DNA of 64,000 nt from positions 6,724 through 70,723 of the forward strand of contig JBKPAJ010000065.1 of NCBI GenBank assembly GCA_046726375.1, given 5' to 3'. The position numbers and the translations under genes were made by a program. This DNA is from Acidobacteriota bacterium (GTDB lineage Bacteria; Acidobacteriota; Vicinamibacteria; Vicinamibacterales; UBA2999). Under the pieces are notes generated by a model. That model did no database searches. It had not been told where the DNA came from and saw only the letters and a program-made list of their open reading frames with translations. This document shows positions 1 to 8,459 of this stretch, piece after piece (position 1 is the stretch's first letter; every line of letters begins with the position of its first letter).

Positions 1-356
1 TCCGCTACTACGAGCGGGAGGGTCTATTACCGGAGCCGCCACGTACGGCGTCGGGATATCGGATGTTTCCGCCCGACGCGGCGCGGCGTCTGCGATTCAT
101 CAAGCGAGCGCAGGACCTGGGATTCTCGCTCGGCGAGATTCGAGAGCTGCTGTCACTGCGATTAACCGCCAATACCCGTCGCGCAGACATTCGTTCTCGC
201 GTGCAGGCGAAGATGGTGGATATTGACGAGAAAATCCGGACCCTTCAACGCATGAAGGGTGTGCTTCGCACGCTCACGCAGCGGTGTGAGGCCTGCGCGC
301 CGACTGACTCGTGTCCGATTCTCCAGAGCCTCGAGGACGGCGAGGAGCAGGCATGA
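1..356 (+). CDS. MerR-family transcriptional regulator, 5' end outside the window (metal-sensing subtype likely)
   Basis: Frame 3 is open from base 3. RYYEREGLLPEPPRTASGYRMFPPDAARRLRFIKRAQDLGFSLGEIRELL matches the MerR HTH wing and dimerisation helix. The C-terminal Cys cluster CEACAPTDSCP resembles metal-binding MerR/CueR/ZntR-type proteins. Stop TGA at 354-356. Confidence 0.85.
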   Translation, partial: RYYEREGLLPEPPRTASGYRMFPPDAARRLRFIKRAQDLGFSLGEIRELLSLRLTANTRRADIRSRVQAKMVDIDEKIRTLQRMKGVLRTLTQRCEACAPTDSCPILQSLEDGEEQA

Positions 357-760
357 ACCTGCGGCTTCAGCACACGACCGGTACACTTCCGGCGGTGGCG
401 GCGGCGTTGATCCCGAAAGCCGTCTGCCCGCTCTGCTCCCCGGCGTATACAGCCCTGCTCTCGTCGATGGGGCTTCCATTTCTGGCGACCACGCGGTACT
501 TGCTCCCGATAACCCTCGCGTTACTCGTGATCACGGTCGCCTCCTTGTTTCTTGCCGCAACGCGCCGCCGACACATGGGACCGTCCTGGTTGGGCCTTCT
601 GGGCTCGGCACTGGTTCTCAGTGGCAGATTCTGGCTCGAATCGGCATGGGCCGTTGCTGCCGCCGTCGCACCGCTGATCGCCGCCTCGATCTGGAATGCA
701 ATGCCGAAACGCACCCCGTGTCCGGCCTGTCAACACAATATGTCAAACGAAGGAGCTTAG
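353..760 (+). CDS. MerC-like four-helix membrane protein with CxxC motifs (putative heavy-metal handling)
   Basis: ATG 353 overlaps the regulator stop (ATGA). The protein has four hydrophobic helices, CPLC in helix 1 and a C-terminal CPAC, which is the MerC-type layout. The track ORF start at 311 lies inside the upstream gene. Confidence 0.5.
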   Translation: MNLRLQHTTGTLPAVAAALIPKAVCPLCSPAYTALLSSMGLPFLATTRYLLPITLALLVITVASLFLAATRRRHMGPSWLGLLGSALVLSGRFWLESAWAVAAAVAPLIAASIWNAMPKRTPCPACQHNMSNEGA

Positions 761-764
761 AGTC

Positions 765-1019
765 ATGGCTGCGAGGCACACGATTGAGATTTACAGTGCG
801 GGCTGCGCGACATGTCGAGACGCGATCGATCTGGTGAAGAGAGTCGCTGGATCAGACTACGACGTCAGGATTCATGACATGCAGCAGAGTGAAGCTGCCG
901 CGCGAGCAAAGAGCCTTGGTATTCGCAGTGTGCCGGCCGTGCTGGTGGACGGGAAGCTGGCGAGCTGCTGTGCAGGCCGCGGACCGGACGAAGCCGTCCT
1001 TCGGGAAGCGCTTCGCTAA
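765..1019 (+). CDS. small thioredoxin-fold (glutaredoxin-like) protein with CxxC
   Basis: AAGGAG at 750-755 lies 9 nt before ATG 765. HTIEIYSAGCATCRDAIDLVK...GIRSVPAVLVDGKL is a thioredoxin-like fold with a CATC active-site-like motif. Confidence 0.7.
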   Translation: MAARHTIEIYSAGCATCRDAIDLVKRVAGSDYDVRIHDMQQSEAAARAKSLGIRSVPAVLVDGKLASCCAGRGPDEAVLREALR

Positions 1020-1175
1020 CCCGCAAGAGTCGACGTCGCCGCGCACATGGCGCGGACTCCGCGGCCCACCTCGGCACTACGACTTGCTCCGAGGCCGCTG
1101 CTCGTCCGTGGTGAACCAAACTAATCGGGATGTCCAGGCACAGCGGTTGCGTCCCTGGACGGAAGGGAGGATTCC

Positions 1176-1829
1176 ATGGCCCGAGCAGGCGACGTTCTCA
1201 GCCATCCCGATTTCGGAGCTCAGATCCGCTTCCTTCAAACCTCGCAAGACAGCAATGGGGAACTGCTGCGTGTCGAGGTGACACTGCCACCGCGATTCTC
1301 GATGCCCGAACACGTTCACCCTCGCCAGGAGGAACGACACGAGGTGGTTGCGGGCACATTGCAAGCACGCGTCGGGGGCCTGCAACGTGATTACGTTGCC
1401 GGCGAACGCTTGATCGGACCTCCCAACGTGCCCCATGCCTGGCGCAATCCCAGCGATCGAGAAGACTTGCACCTCGTGTCGGAGCACCGACCCGTTCTTC
1501 ACATGGAGCAGATGCTCGAGAGCGGATTTGGAATCGCTGGCGATTTGTGGATGGACAAGCGCCACGCCATCCAACATCTCCTGCGTGCGGCCATTCTGAT
1601 GGACGAGGTGAAAGACGACTTCCACTTCACTGGATTCTCGATGCGGGCAGTGACGGCCGCGTTCGTCGCGTTAGCCCCTGTTGGCCGGTGGTTCGGTTAT
1701 CGAAGCGATCAAATCTCAGCGCGGTCCACGTACGTCAATCGCGGCTCCACTGCGGCCTGGGCCACCGGATTTGCCCTAGCTGGCGTAGCCGCCATGGCCT
1801 TCGCGGAGGTCTGGCGTCGCCGCTCCTGA
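1176..1829 (+). CDS. cupin-domain protein with hydrophobic C-terminal tail
   Basis: PEHVHPRQEERHEVVAGTL...GPPNVPHAWRN matches the two cupin His-containing motifs. The ORF is 217 aa with no competing frame. Confidence 0.7.
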   Translation: MARAGDVLSHPDFGAQIRFLQTSQDSNGELLRVEVTLPPRFSMPEHVHPRQEERHEVVAGTLQARVGGLQRDYVAGERLIGPPNVPHAWRNPSDREDLHLVSEHRPVLHMEQMLESGFGIAGDLWMDKRHAIQHLLRAAILMDEVKDDFHFTGFSMRAVTAAFVALAPVGRWFGYRSDQISARSTYVNRGSTAAWATGFALAGVAAMAFAEVWRRRS

Positions 1830-1977
1830 CAACGTCTGTTTCGAACGGTCGCTTCCCCATCGCATCACGTCGTGTGGACATTCACAATCCACGCGCGCGG
1901 CCCGTACCGGCCGCCGCGAAGAGTCATGACAACGACGTCCAAGACGAGCGAACGTCGCCTCGTTATCTTGGGCGGGT

Positions 1978-3486
1978 ATGGATACGATTCAGCACGACAC
2001 ACACCTGGAGGAAGCTACCAGTCTGGATTCGGACGTGGCGACGTTCCGAGAGAATCTGCGGCACGCGTCGGACGTTGCCGCGCGGCTGCACGAACGACTC
2101 GACCGGACGAGGGTGACACCCGCCAAGAGCAGGAGTGAGATCGCCTCGGTGTTCGACGAGCCACTTCCCGAAGAGGCTCAGCCGATGGCCACCATCCTGC
2201 AGAACGTGGAGGAGCACATCTTTGCGAACTCCACCTTGTACTCGAACCCTCGTTTCTTCGGCTACATCAATGGCAGCGGCAATCAGGCGGCGGTGCTCGG
2301 CGATCTGCTCGCCGCCGCGGTCAACCAGATTTGCGCCAAGTGGCAGTTTTCTCAGGCGGCGTCGGAGGTCGAGCGTCGCGTCATCCAGTGGATCGCACAG
2401 TTCGTCGGGTATGGATCCGATGCCGGAGGGTGTCTGCTGAATGGCGGGTCGGCCGGCAACTTCGCGGGGGTCGCGGTGGCCCGGCAGCAGAAGGCGCCGT
2501 TCGACGCGAGCACGGCGGGCGGGTGGGGCGGCCCTCCGCTGACGTTGTACGTGTCGCAGGAGGGGCACGCGTCGATCGACAAGAGCATGGCGCTGCTCGG
2601 CATGGGCTCCGGTCAGTTGCGCAGGATCGCCGTCCGGGACGATTTCACCCTCGATCTCGAGGCGCTTGCGCAGCAGGTCACGGCAGACCGCGCGACCGGG
2701 TATCACCCGATCTGTGTGGTGGGCAATGCCGGCACCGTCAACACTGGGGCCGTGGATCCGCTTGCGACCCTGGCGGAGTTCTGCCGGTCGCAGGGGTTGT
2801 GGTTTCACGTCGACGCGGCGTATGGGGGTCCGGCGGCGCGAACCTCCGTCGCCGGCCCGCTCTTCCACGGCCTGGCCGAAGCCGATTCGGTTGTCGTCAA
2901 CGCGCACAAGTGGCTGTACGTTCCGGTGGAGGCCTCGTGCATTCTGGTGCGGCAGCCGAGCGCGCTCCGAGACACCTTTCGCATCGTCGCTGACTATCTG
3001 CCGGACGACAGCGACCGGACGGACGACGGCGCAATCGACTTCAAAGATTACGGTCCACAGCTCTCGAGGAGTTTCCGCGCGCTGAAAGTGTGGATGACAT
3101 TCAAAGCGTACGGCGCACGGAAACTACGGGCCGCGATCGAGAGCAACATCGCGGTGATGCGGTATCTGTCGGATCGCATCGACGCCTCATCGGACTTCGT
3201 GCGCCTTGCGCCCGTGCCATTGTCGGTGGTGTGTTTTCAGTACCGCACCTCAGACGTGTCCCGTCACGACGATCACGGATACCTGAACAGGTTGAACGGC
3301 TCTCTGGTGGACGCGCTGGCGCGAGACGGCCGTATGTTTCTCTCAGCGACGAAGATTCGCGGGAAGACGGCGCTCCGCGCGTGCAGCGTCAACCACCGGC
3401 TGCGACGGTGCGACGTGGACTTTTTGTTAGATGTCATCCGGGAGGTCGCGGCAACCAATGTATCAATGCGGTCCGCGACGAGGTGA
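1978..3486 (+). CDS. PLP-dependent group II amino-acid decarboxylase (aromatic-L-amino-acid/tyrosine decarboxylase-like)
   Basis: 502 aa. It contains SGGSAGNF, HVDAAYGG and the PLP-lysine motif NAHKWLYVP typical of group II decarboxylases. Confidence 0.9.
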   Translation: MDTIQHDTHLEEATSLDSDVATFRENLRHASDVAARLHERLDRTRVTPAKSRSEIASVFDEPLPEEAQPMATILQNVEEHIFANSTLYSNPRFFGYINGSGNQAAVLGDLLAAAVNQICAKWQFSQAASEVERRVIQWIAQFVGYGSDAGGCLLNGGSAGNFAGVAVARQQKAPFDASTAGGWGGPPLTLYVSQEGHASIDKSMALLGMGSGQLRRIAVRDDFTLDLEALAQQVTADRATGYHPICVVGNAGTVNTGAVDPLATLAEFCRSQGLWFHVDAAYGGPAARTSVAGPLFHGLAEADSVVVNAHKWLYVPVEASCILVRQPSALRDTFRIVADYLPDDSDRTDDGAIDFKDYGPQLSRSFRALKVWMTFKAYGARKLRAAIESNIAVMRYLSDRIDASSDFVRLAPVPLSVVCFQYRTSDVSRHDDHGYLNRLNGSLVDALARDGRMFLSATKIRGKTALRACSVNHRLRRCDVDFLLDVIREVAATNVSMRSATR

Positions 3487-4347
3487 TTTCGCATGACACG
3501 CGGCATAGCTGCCAGGCGTCACGCCCCACGTGCTCTTGAAGCAGCGGGTGAGATGGCTCTGGTCGTAGAACCCGGTGCGGTACGTGACGTCCGAAAGCGC
3601 GGCGCCGGATCGCAGGAGCGTTCGTGCCCGGTTGACGCGCACAATCGTCTGATAGCGGTGCGGCGGCACGCCCACCTGCCTGTGAAACGCGCGCACCAGA
3701 TAGTAGGGGCTCAGGCCGGCGAGATCGGCGAGCGAGCGGATCGACACGTTCTGTTCGGAATTCGCATCGAGCCACTCCTTGACGCGGGTGACGGCCGCAT
3801 GTTCCCGCCCCGCGGCGGGCAAGGCGTGCCCGTCCACCAAGTGATGGGTGATCAGGCGCGCCACTACCGACAACAACAGCGACTCGTTCTTCAGCAACGA
3901 ACCCGATTCAGTCAGGCGGGCGAAGGCACGAGCCAGTCTCGCCGCGAGGACTGTGTCCTTGACCAGCGAGGCCTTGAAGGTGACGTCCGAGGGCCCTCGC
4001 CACTCGACGCTGTGCAGCAGCCTGACCATGAGGGGCGTTTCGATGTGCAGGTTTCGATACATCCAGCCGACTCCACACGTCGCCCGACCGGTGTGCAGCT
4101 CGCCCGGCGCGATCAGGTTGCACGTGCCGGGCGTCGCATCGTGAACTTCATGCCGACAATCGAACGCACCACGTCCGCGATCGTTGAGGCTGACGGCGTA
4201 GAAGCCATGCATGTGTGGCGCGAACGAATGCTCGACCCATCTGGCGCTCATGACCTCGAGGCCCTCCAGCCGCGGGCAGCGGTCGTACTGAGCGAAGTCC
4301 CGGGGCTTCGGATCGCTTACCGAACGGTGACTCAGTTCTACCCGCAT
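3463..4347 (-). CDS. AraC-family transcriptional regulator (AraC-binding-like N domain plus HTH)
   Basis: The C-terminal HTH_18 signature is SIRSLADLAGLSPYYLVRAFHRQVGVPPHRYQTIVRVNRARTLL...GFYDQSHLTRCFK. I place the start at MRVELSH (ATG 4347). The track ORF runs on to 4917 but would cross the divergent sigma gene. The 3' end overlaps the decarboxylase by 24 bp. Confidence 0.8.
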   Translation of the reverse strand: MRVELSHRSVSDPKPRDFAQYDRCPRLEGLEVMSARWVEHSFAPHMHGFYAVSLNDRGRGAFDCRHEVHDATPGTCNLIAPGELHTGRATCGVGWMYRNLHIETPLMVRLLHSVEWRGPSDVTFKASLVKDTVLAARLARAFARLTESGSLLKNESLLLSVVARLITHHLVDGHALPAAGREHAAVTRVKEWLDANSEQNVSIRSLADLAGLSPYYLVRAFHRQVGVPPHRYQTIVRVNRARTLLRSGAALSDVTYRTGFYDQSHLTRCFKSTWGVTPGSYAACHAKSPRRGPH

Positions 4348-4634
4348 AAGCGAGACAGTAGTGACCGATTCAAGAATAGCGCGGCCTGGATAAATGGGTC
4401 TTGGACACAATTGCCCACGAGTGAACCGTAAATTCGTGTCACCTTCGCGGCAGCACTCGTGGCTTCTTGCTGGGATCGGTTGAGCATTGAGACGATTCGA
4501 ATCGTGCGCATTGGCCGCTCCCTCGGACACCGCTAGATCAACGCGCGGCGGATCGTGTCGGGCACCCGGAGCGCCCCCGTTCCGCCTCTCTTCACGTGTT
4601 CCTGAGCGGACATCGTCCGCAGCAATCGGACTTC

Positions 4635-4660
4635 TGTAACAAATCGACAACGCCCCCGTA
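4635..4660 (+). promoter_or_regulatory. candidate ECF-type autoregulatory promoter (TGTAAC-N16-CGTA)
   Basis: TGTAAC at 4635-4640, a 16-nt spacer, CGTA at 4657-4660, 20 nt before the sigma ATG. It fits the generic ECF AAC-N16/17-CGT pattern. Confidence 0.4.
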
Positions 4661-4680
4661 AGACCAAATAGAAAGGCGCC

Positions 4681-5199
4681 ATGGAACTGCTGAAGCGCTT
4701 CAGGCAGGGAGATCCCGAAGCCTTCGAGGCACTGTTCCGGCAGTTTCAGGCTGAGGTATATGGGTGGATTGTCCGCATCGTTCGCGATCCCTCGGCGGCT
4801 GAAGACCTCACCGTCGAGACGTTCTGGCGGATTCACCGCGCGCGCGGTCGCTTCGATCCAGGTGCCTCCTTCGGCGCCTGGGCGCGGCGCATTGCCACGA
4901 ATCTCGCGATCGACCATCTCCGCCAGACCCGTCGCGACGTGCGTCTTCGAGACGATCTGGCGCAGCCCGGCTCCGCAGACCCGATCGAGTCCGGCGAGAC
5001 CCGTCGCCAGATCGCCGACGCCTTTCGCCGTCTGCCGTTGAAGCTTCGAGTGGCTGCGACACTCTCTCTCATCGAGGAGCAGTCGCCAAAAGAGATCGCC
5101 GAAGCCCTCGGCACATCGGAAGGCGCGATCCGGGTCAGAGTGTTTCGCGCAGTTCGCCTCTTACGACAACAACTGAGGCGAGTGGGTGTGAAGCGATGA
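4681..5199 (+). CDS. ECF (sigma-70 family, group 4) RNA polymerase sigma factor
   Basis: Region 2 (AEDLTVETFWRIHRARGRFDPGASFGAWARRIATNLAIDHLRQ) and region 4 (SPKEIAEALGTSEGAIRVRVFRAVRLLRQQL) are both present. Confidence 0.9.
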   Translation: MELLKRFRQGDPEAFEALFRQFQAEVYGWIVRIVRDPSAAEDLTVETFWRIHRARGRFDPGASFGAWARRIATNLAIDHLRQTRRDVRLRDDLAQPGSADPIESGETRRQIADAFRRLPLKLRVAATLSLIEEQSPKEIAEALGTSEGAIRVRVFRAVRLLRQQLRRVGVKR

Positions 5200-5414
5200 G
5201 TGAAGAAGATCACGACGACATCCGGGGGCTTCTGCAAGACGTGTTTCCGCGTGTGAACGTCGAGCTCAGACGGGATCTCTGGCCGGCGATGTCGCGCGCG
5301 CTGGACACGCGAGCGCGACGAGTCGTGTGGTACGACTGGGCCCTGGCCGGGCTCGCGGGGAGCGTGATCGCAGCCTTTCCCGATTTGATCCTCGTGCTCT
5401 TCTACCACTTGTGA
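5196..5414 (+). CDS. small single-pass membrane protein, putative anti-sigma factor
   Basis: The start overlaps the sigma stop (ATGA). 72 aa with one C-terminal TM helix (WALAGLAGSVIAAFPDLILVLF). The role is inferred from position only. Confidence 0.4.
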   Translation: MSEEDHDDIRGLLQDVFPRVNVELRRDLWPAMSRALDTRARRVVWYDWALAGLAGSVIAAFPDLILVLFYHL

Positions 5415-5429
5415 GCCGGAGAGAACCGT

Positions 5430-5873
5430 ATGAACCATCCGTACGTGCGCGCCTACATGGCGGGGATTGTGGTGCCAACGGCTTTCCTGCTTGTGCCCAT
5501 GACTGCCTTCACGCTTTTACGATTCGTGTTTGAGGTGCCGGTGCCGATTGAGCGCGTCGTCGTCTTCCCGATGGCTCTCATCCCGAACCTGTTTGGCCTC
5601 TGGAACATGTTGTACGTCCGCCTGAGATCTCGCAGCAGCCTATCGATCGGCGCACACGGTGCATTGCTGCCGCTTGTCCTCATCCCGTTGGGCCTGACGC
5701 TGGGGATGGTGCTCGGCGTCGTCAGCATCGATCAGGACGGAGTGCACGCCTTCCAGGCGGTCAGACTCCCGTACACCAGGGCCGTCTTCGTATTGCCCGT
5801 TGTTGTGGTCGTGTACTACCTCGTGTGGAAGTACATCGTCGGTTTCCTGAATGACCTCGTTGGAATCGAGTGA
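5430..5873 (+). CDS. hypothetical polytopic membrane protein (about 4 TM)
   Basis: 147 aa, uniformly hydrophobic helices, same strand and 15 nt after the previous gene. No recognisable domain. Confidence 0.5.
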   Translation: MNHPYVRAYMAGIVVPTAFLLVPMTAFTLLRFVFEVPVPIERVVVFPMALIPNLFGLWNMLYVRLRSRSSLSIGAHGALLPLVLIPLGLTLGMVLGVVSIDQDGVHAFQAVRLPYTRAVFVLPVVVVVYYLVWKYIVGFLNDLVGIE

Positions 5874-5928
5874 TGCAGGGCCCGGCCACTGGCCATGGTC
5901 CCGCTTAATGCTGTGCTCACAGAACACC

Positions 5929-6972
5929 ATGAAGTCCTTACTGTGGTTTGTCCCCCTATCGCTCCTCGTGCTGTCGATCGTCTGGATCTCCGGCGCTTTG
6001 AAGGCCGGTCTGTTCCTGCGAGGCGGCCACGCCCTTGCGTCGCACGTCGACGACAGCTCGATCGAAACCTTTTCGCGCGACAAGAAGTTCGTCGACGTTG
6101 CCGGATGGCGCGTCGCCTACCTCGACCGAGGATCCGGCGAGCCGATCGTGCTCTTACACGGCTGCCCGTTTCAGTCCTTCGAGTATTCGAAAGTGATTCC
6201 AACGTTGGCCCGTCACTATCGAGTCATCGCGCCGGATCTGCTCGGCCTCGGCGACACAGTCGTGCGGTTGGATGACGACTATCGGTTGCCGAACCAAGTG
6301 CGCATGGTCGTGGGATTGCTGGATCGGCTCGGCATTGGTCGCGCTCACTTCGTCGGTCATGACCATGGCGGCGCCATCGTGCAACTGATGATGAACTCGC
6401 ACGCCGAGCGGATCGGCGCCGCGGTCCTCACGAACGCTGAAGCGTACGACCAATGGCCAAGCGATCCCGAACGTCTGGATGTCGAGCTGATCGTTCATCC
6501 GCTGTCGACGTCATTCTTTCGCGTCGCACTGGGCGTTCCCGCCGTTCAACGCCGCGTGCTCAGCATCGCCGTGCATCGGCCGGGCGCGCTGACCCAGGAT
6601 GAGATCCGCAGCCTTCTGCGTCCCAGCATGGCGACACCAGCACGGTGGAAACGCCTGCGACGCTTTCTCGCCTGGCAATTGGACCGTGACCACAACCTGG
6701 AAACGATGCGTGCCGTCGAGGGCTTGCGTCGATTCGATCATCCCACCTTGCTGCTCTGGGGCCGGCACGACACCAATTTCGGGCCCGAGATCGCCGAACG
6801 CCTTGCGCACGACATTCCAGGCGTCGTCCGCATCGAATGGCTGACGAACTCCGCGCATTTGCCGATGCTGGAGGAGCCCGAGCACTACGCCAATGCCATC
6901 GCGCGCTTCCTCTCGGATGCGTCCAAGACGACCGCACCCAAAGTCGTCGGCATGGGAGGGTACGGGCAATGA
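5929..6972 (+). CDS. alpha/beta-fold hydrolase with N-terminal signal/anchor
   Basis: ATG 5929 gives MKSLLWFVPLSLLVLSIVWISGAL. It contains HGCPFQS, the nucleophile elbow FVGHDHGG and the C-terminal NSAHLPMLEEPE motif. The track start at 5851 overlaps the previous gene. Confidence 0.85.
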   Translation: MKSLLWFVPLSLLVLSIVWISGALKAGLFLRGGHALASHVDDSSIETFSRDKKFVDVAGWRVAYLDRGSGEPIVLLHGCPFQSFEYSKVIPTLARHYRVIAPDLLGLGDTVVRLDDDYRLPNQVRMVVGLLDRLGIGRAHFVGHDHGGAIVQLMMNSHAERIGAAVLTNAEAYDQWPSDPERLDVELIVHPLSTSFFRVALGVPAVQRRVLSIAVHRPGALTQDEIRSLLRPSMATPARWKRLRRFLAWQLDRDHNLETMRAVEGLRRFDHPTLLLWGRHDTNFGPEIAERLAHDIPGVVRIEWLTNSAHLPMLEEPEHYANAIARFLSDASKTTAPKVVGMGGYGQ

Positions 6973-8432
6973 GGTCACCTGTCAGCCGTCGCGAGTTCGT
7001 TGCCCTGAGCGGTGGCGTCATCGCAGCCGCCACGCTGACGCGCGCGACGTCACCGCACGACTGCGGGAGCCATCCGATTCCGCACTTCGACGTGCCGCTC
7101 CCGATCCCTCCTGTGTTGCAGCCGATCCGAATGGACGCAACCACCGACTACTACGAGATTGTGCAGCGCGAGGAGCGTGTGGAGATCGTGCCAGGCCGGC
7201 ATACGACGATTTGGGGATACAACGGCACGTTTCCTGGACCCACGATCAAAGCCACGCGCGGCCGGAGCGTGATCGTTCGTCACGTCAATCGATTGGGCAC
7301 GCCGACCGTCGTCCACCTGCACGGCGGCGTGACACCGCCAGAGTCGGATGGCTTTCCGATGGACCACGTCATGCCCGGGGAGGCACGCGCGTACGTGTAC
7401 CCGAACATGCAGCGAGCGGCCACGCTCTGGTACCACGATCACGCAATGGATCGCGCGGGCAGAAATATCTACATGGGCCTCAGCGGGCTCTACGTGCTCG
7501 AGGATGACGACGAGCGATCGTTGGGCCTACCGGAGGGACCATACGATGTGCCACTGCTGATTCAGGATCGCCGCTTTGCGTCTGACGGATCCTTCCACTA
7601 CGAGATGGTGAATCACCTGGGCGCGAAGAGCGGAACGCTGCTCGTGAACGGCGCGCCCTGGCCGCGGTTGGACGTGTCCACGCGAGCGTATCGATTTCGG
7701 ATTGTGAACGGTTCGAATGCGACACCGCTGCGCCTCGCCCTCAGCTCGGGCGATCCTCTGATTCAGATCGCCACAGAGGGCGGGTTGCTCCCCGCTCCGG
7801 TTGTGTGCCGGGAGATCCCGCTCGCGATGGCCGAGCGCGTCGAGGTCATTGTTGATTTCTCACGGTATTCCGTGGGCACCAACATCGTGTTGCAGAACCT
7901 GAACACGCGTGGCGCAACCGGATCAATCTCGAATGAGATCATGCAGTTTCATATCGCGCGCATCGAGCGCGACGCTCGCGCCATCCCGGCGCGTCTCGCC
8001 GAGAGCGAGGCGTTGGACGCCTCTGCCGCGGTCCGCACGCGGCAGTTCGTCTTTTCGGTGCGGCCTTCCTTCGGTCCGCTCCCACATCCGAGTTGGCGGA
8101 TCAACGGCCGGCCCTTCGAACCGGAGAGACCGATCGCGTCACCACGGTATGGCGACGTGGAGGTGTGGCGCTTCACCAACAAGAGATTCCTCGGAGTCCT
8201 TGGCATCGTGCATCCCGTCCACGTTCACCTCGTCACGTTCAAGGTGCTGGACCGGAACGGAGGACCGCCGCTGCCTTACGAAACGGGTTGGAAGGACACC
8301 GTGGCTGTCGATCGGGACGAAGACGTGAGCGTGATTGCCAGGTTCGAGGGCTATCGAGGTCGTTACCTCGTGCACTGCCACAATCTGGAGCATGAGGATC
8401 ACAGCATGATGGCCCGGTTCGATGTCGTGTGA
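6969..8432 (+). CDS. multicopper oxidase with Tat signal (laccase/bilirubin-oxidase-like)
   Basis: ATG 6969 overlaps the upstream stop (ATGA). Twin-arginine signal SRREFVALSGGVIAAATL. Copper motifs HLHGG, WYHDHAM and HCHNLEHEDHSMM. Confidence 0.9.
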   Translation: MRSPVSRREFVALSGGVIAAATLTRATSPHDCGSHPIPHFDVPLPIPPVLQPIRMDATTDYYEIVQREERVEIVPGRHTTIWGYNGTFPGPTIKATRGRSVIVRHVNRLGTPTVVHLHGGVTPPESDGFPMDHVMPGEARAYVYPNMQRAATLWYHDHAMDRAGRNIYMGLSGLYVLEDDDERSLGLPEGPYDVPLLIQDRRFASDGSFHYEMVNHLGAKSGTLLVNGAPWPRLDVSTRAYRFRIVNGSNATPLRLALSSGDPLIQIATEGGLLPAPVVCREIPLAMAERVEVIVDFSRYSVGTNIVLQNLNTRGATGSISNEIMQFHIARIERDARAIPARLAESEALDASAAVRTRQFVFSVRPSFGPLPHPSWRINGRPFEPERPIASPRYGDVEVWRFTNKRFLGVLGIVHPVHVHLVTFKVLDRNGGPPLPYETGWKDTVAVDRDEDVSVIARFEGYRGRYLVHCHNLEHEDHSMMARFDVV

Positions 8433-8459
8433 CGGACTGCATATCCAGCGCGCCCGACC

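Noticed and set aside
1963-2907. 314-aa minus-strand ORF, and similar long ORFs antisense to well-supported genes. Examples: 16461-17630(-), 16676-17503(-), 22859-23980(-), 23928-25445(-), 20826-21593(-), 14422-15357(-), 26211-26885(-), 26405-27226(+), 33722-34630(+), 33738-34511(+), 58322-59203(-), 58438-59409(+), 61517-63496(-), 56963-57685(-).
   Set aside because: Each lies opposite or out of frame to a gene with clear domain signatures. Their translations are Arg/Pro/Ala/Gly-rich with no recognisable motifs, as expected for stop-poor off-frames in high-GC DNA.
3463-4917. Full 484-aa ORF as the AraC gene.
   Set aside because: The N-terminal 190 residues have no AraC-like content and would run through the promoter and the first 237 nt of the divergent ECF sigma gene. 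An internal ATG at 4347 gives a normal-length regulator.
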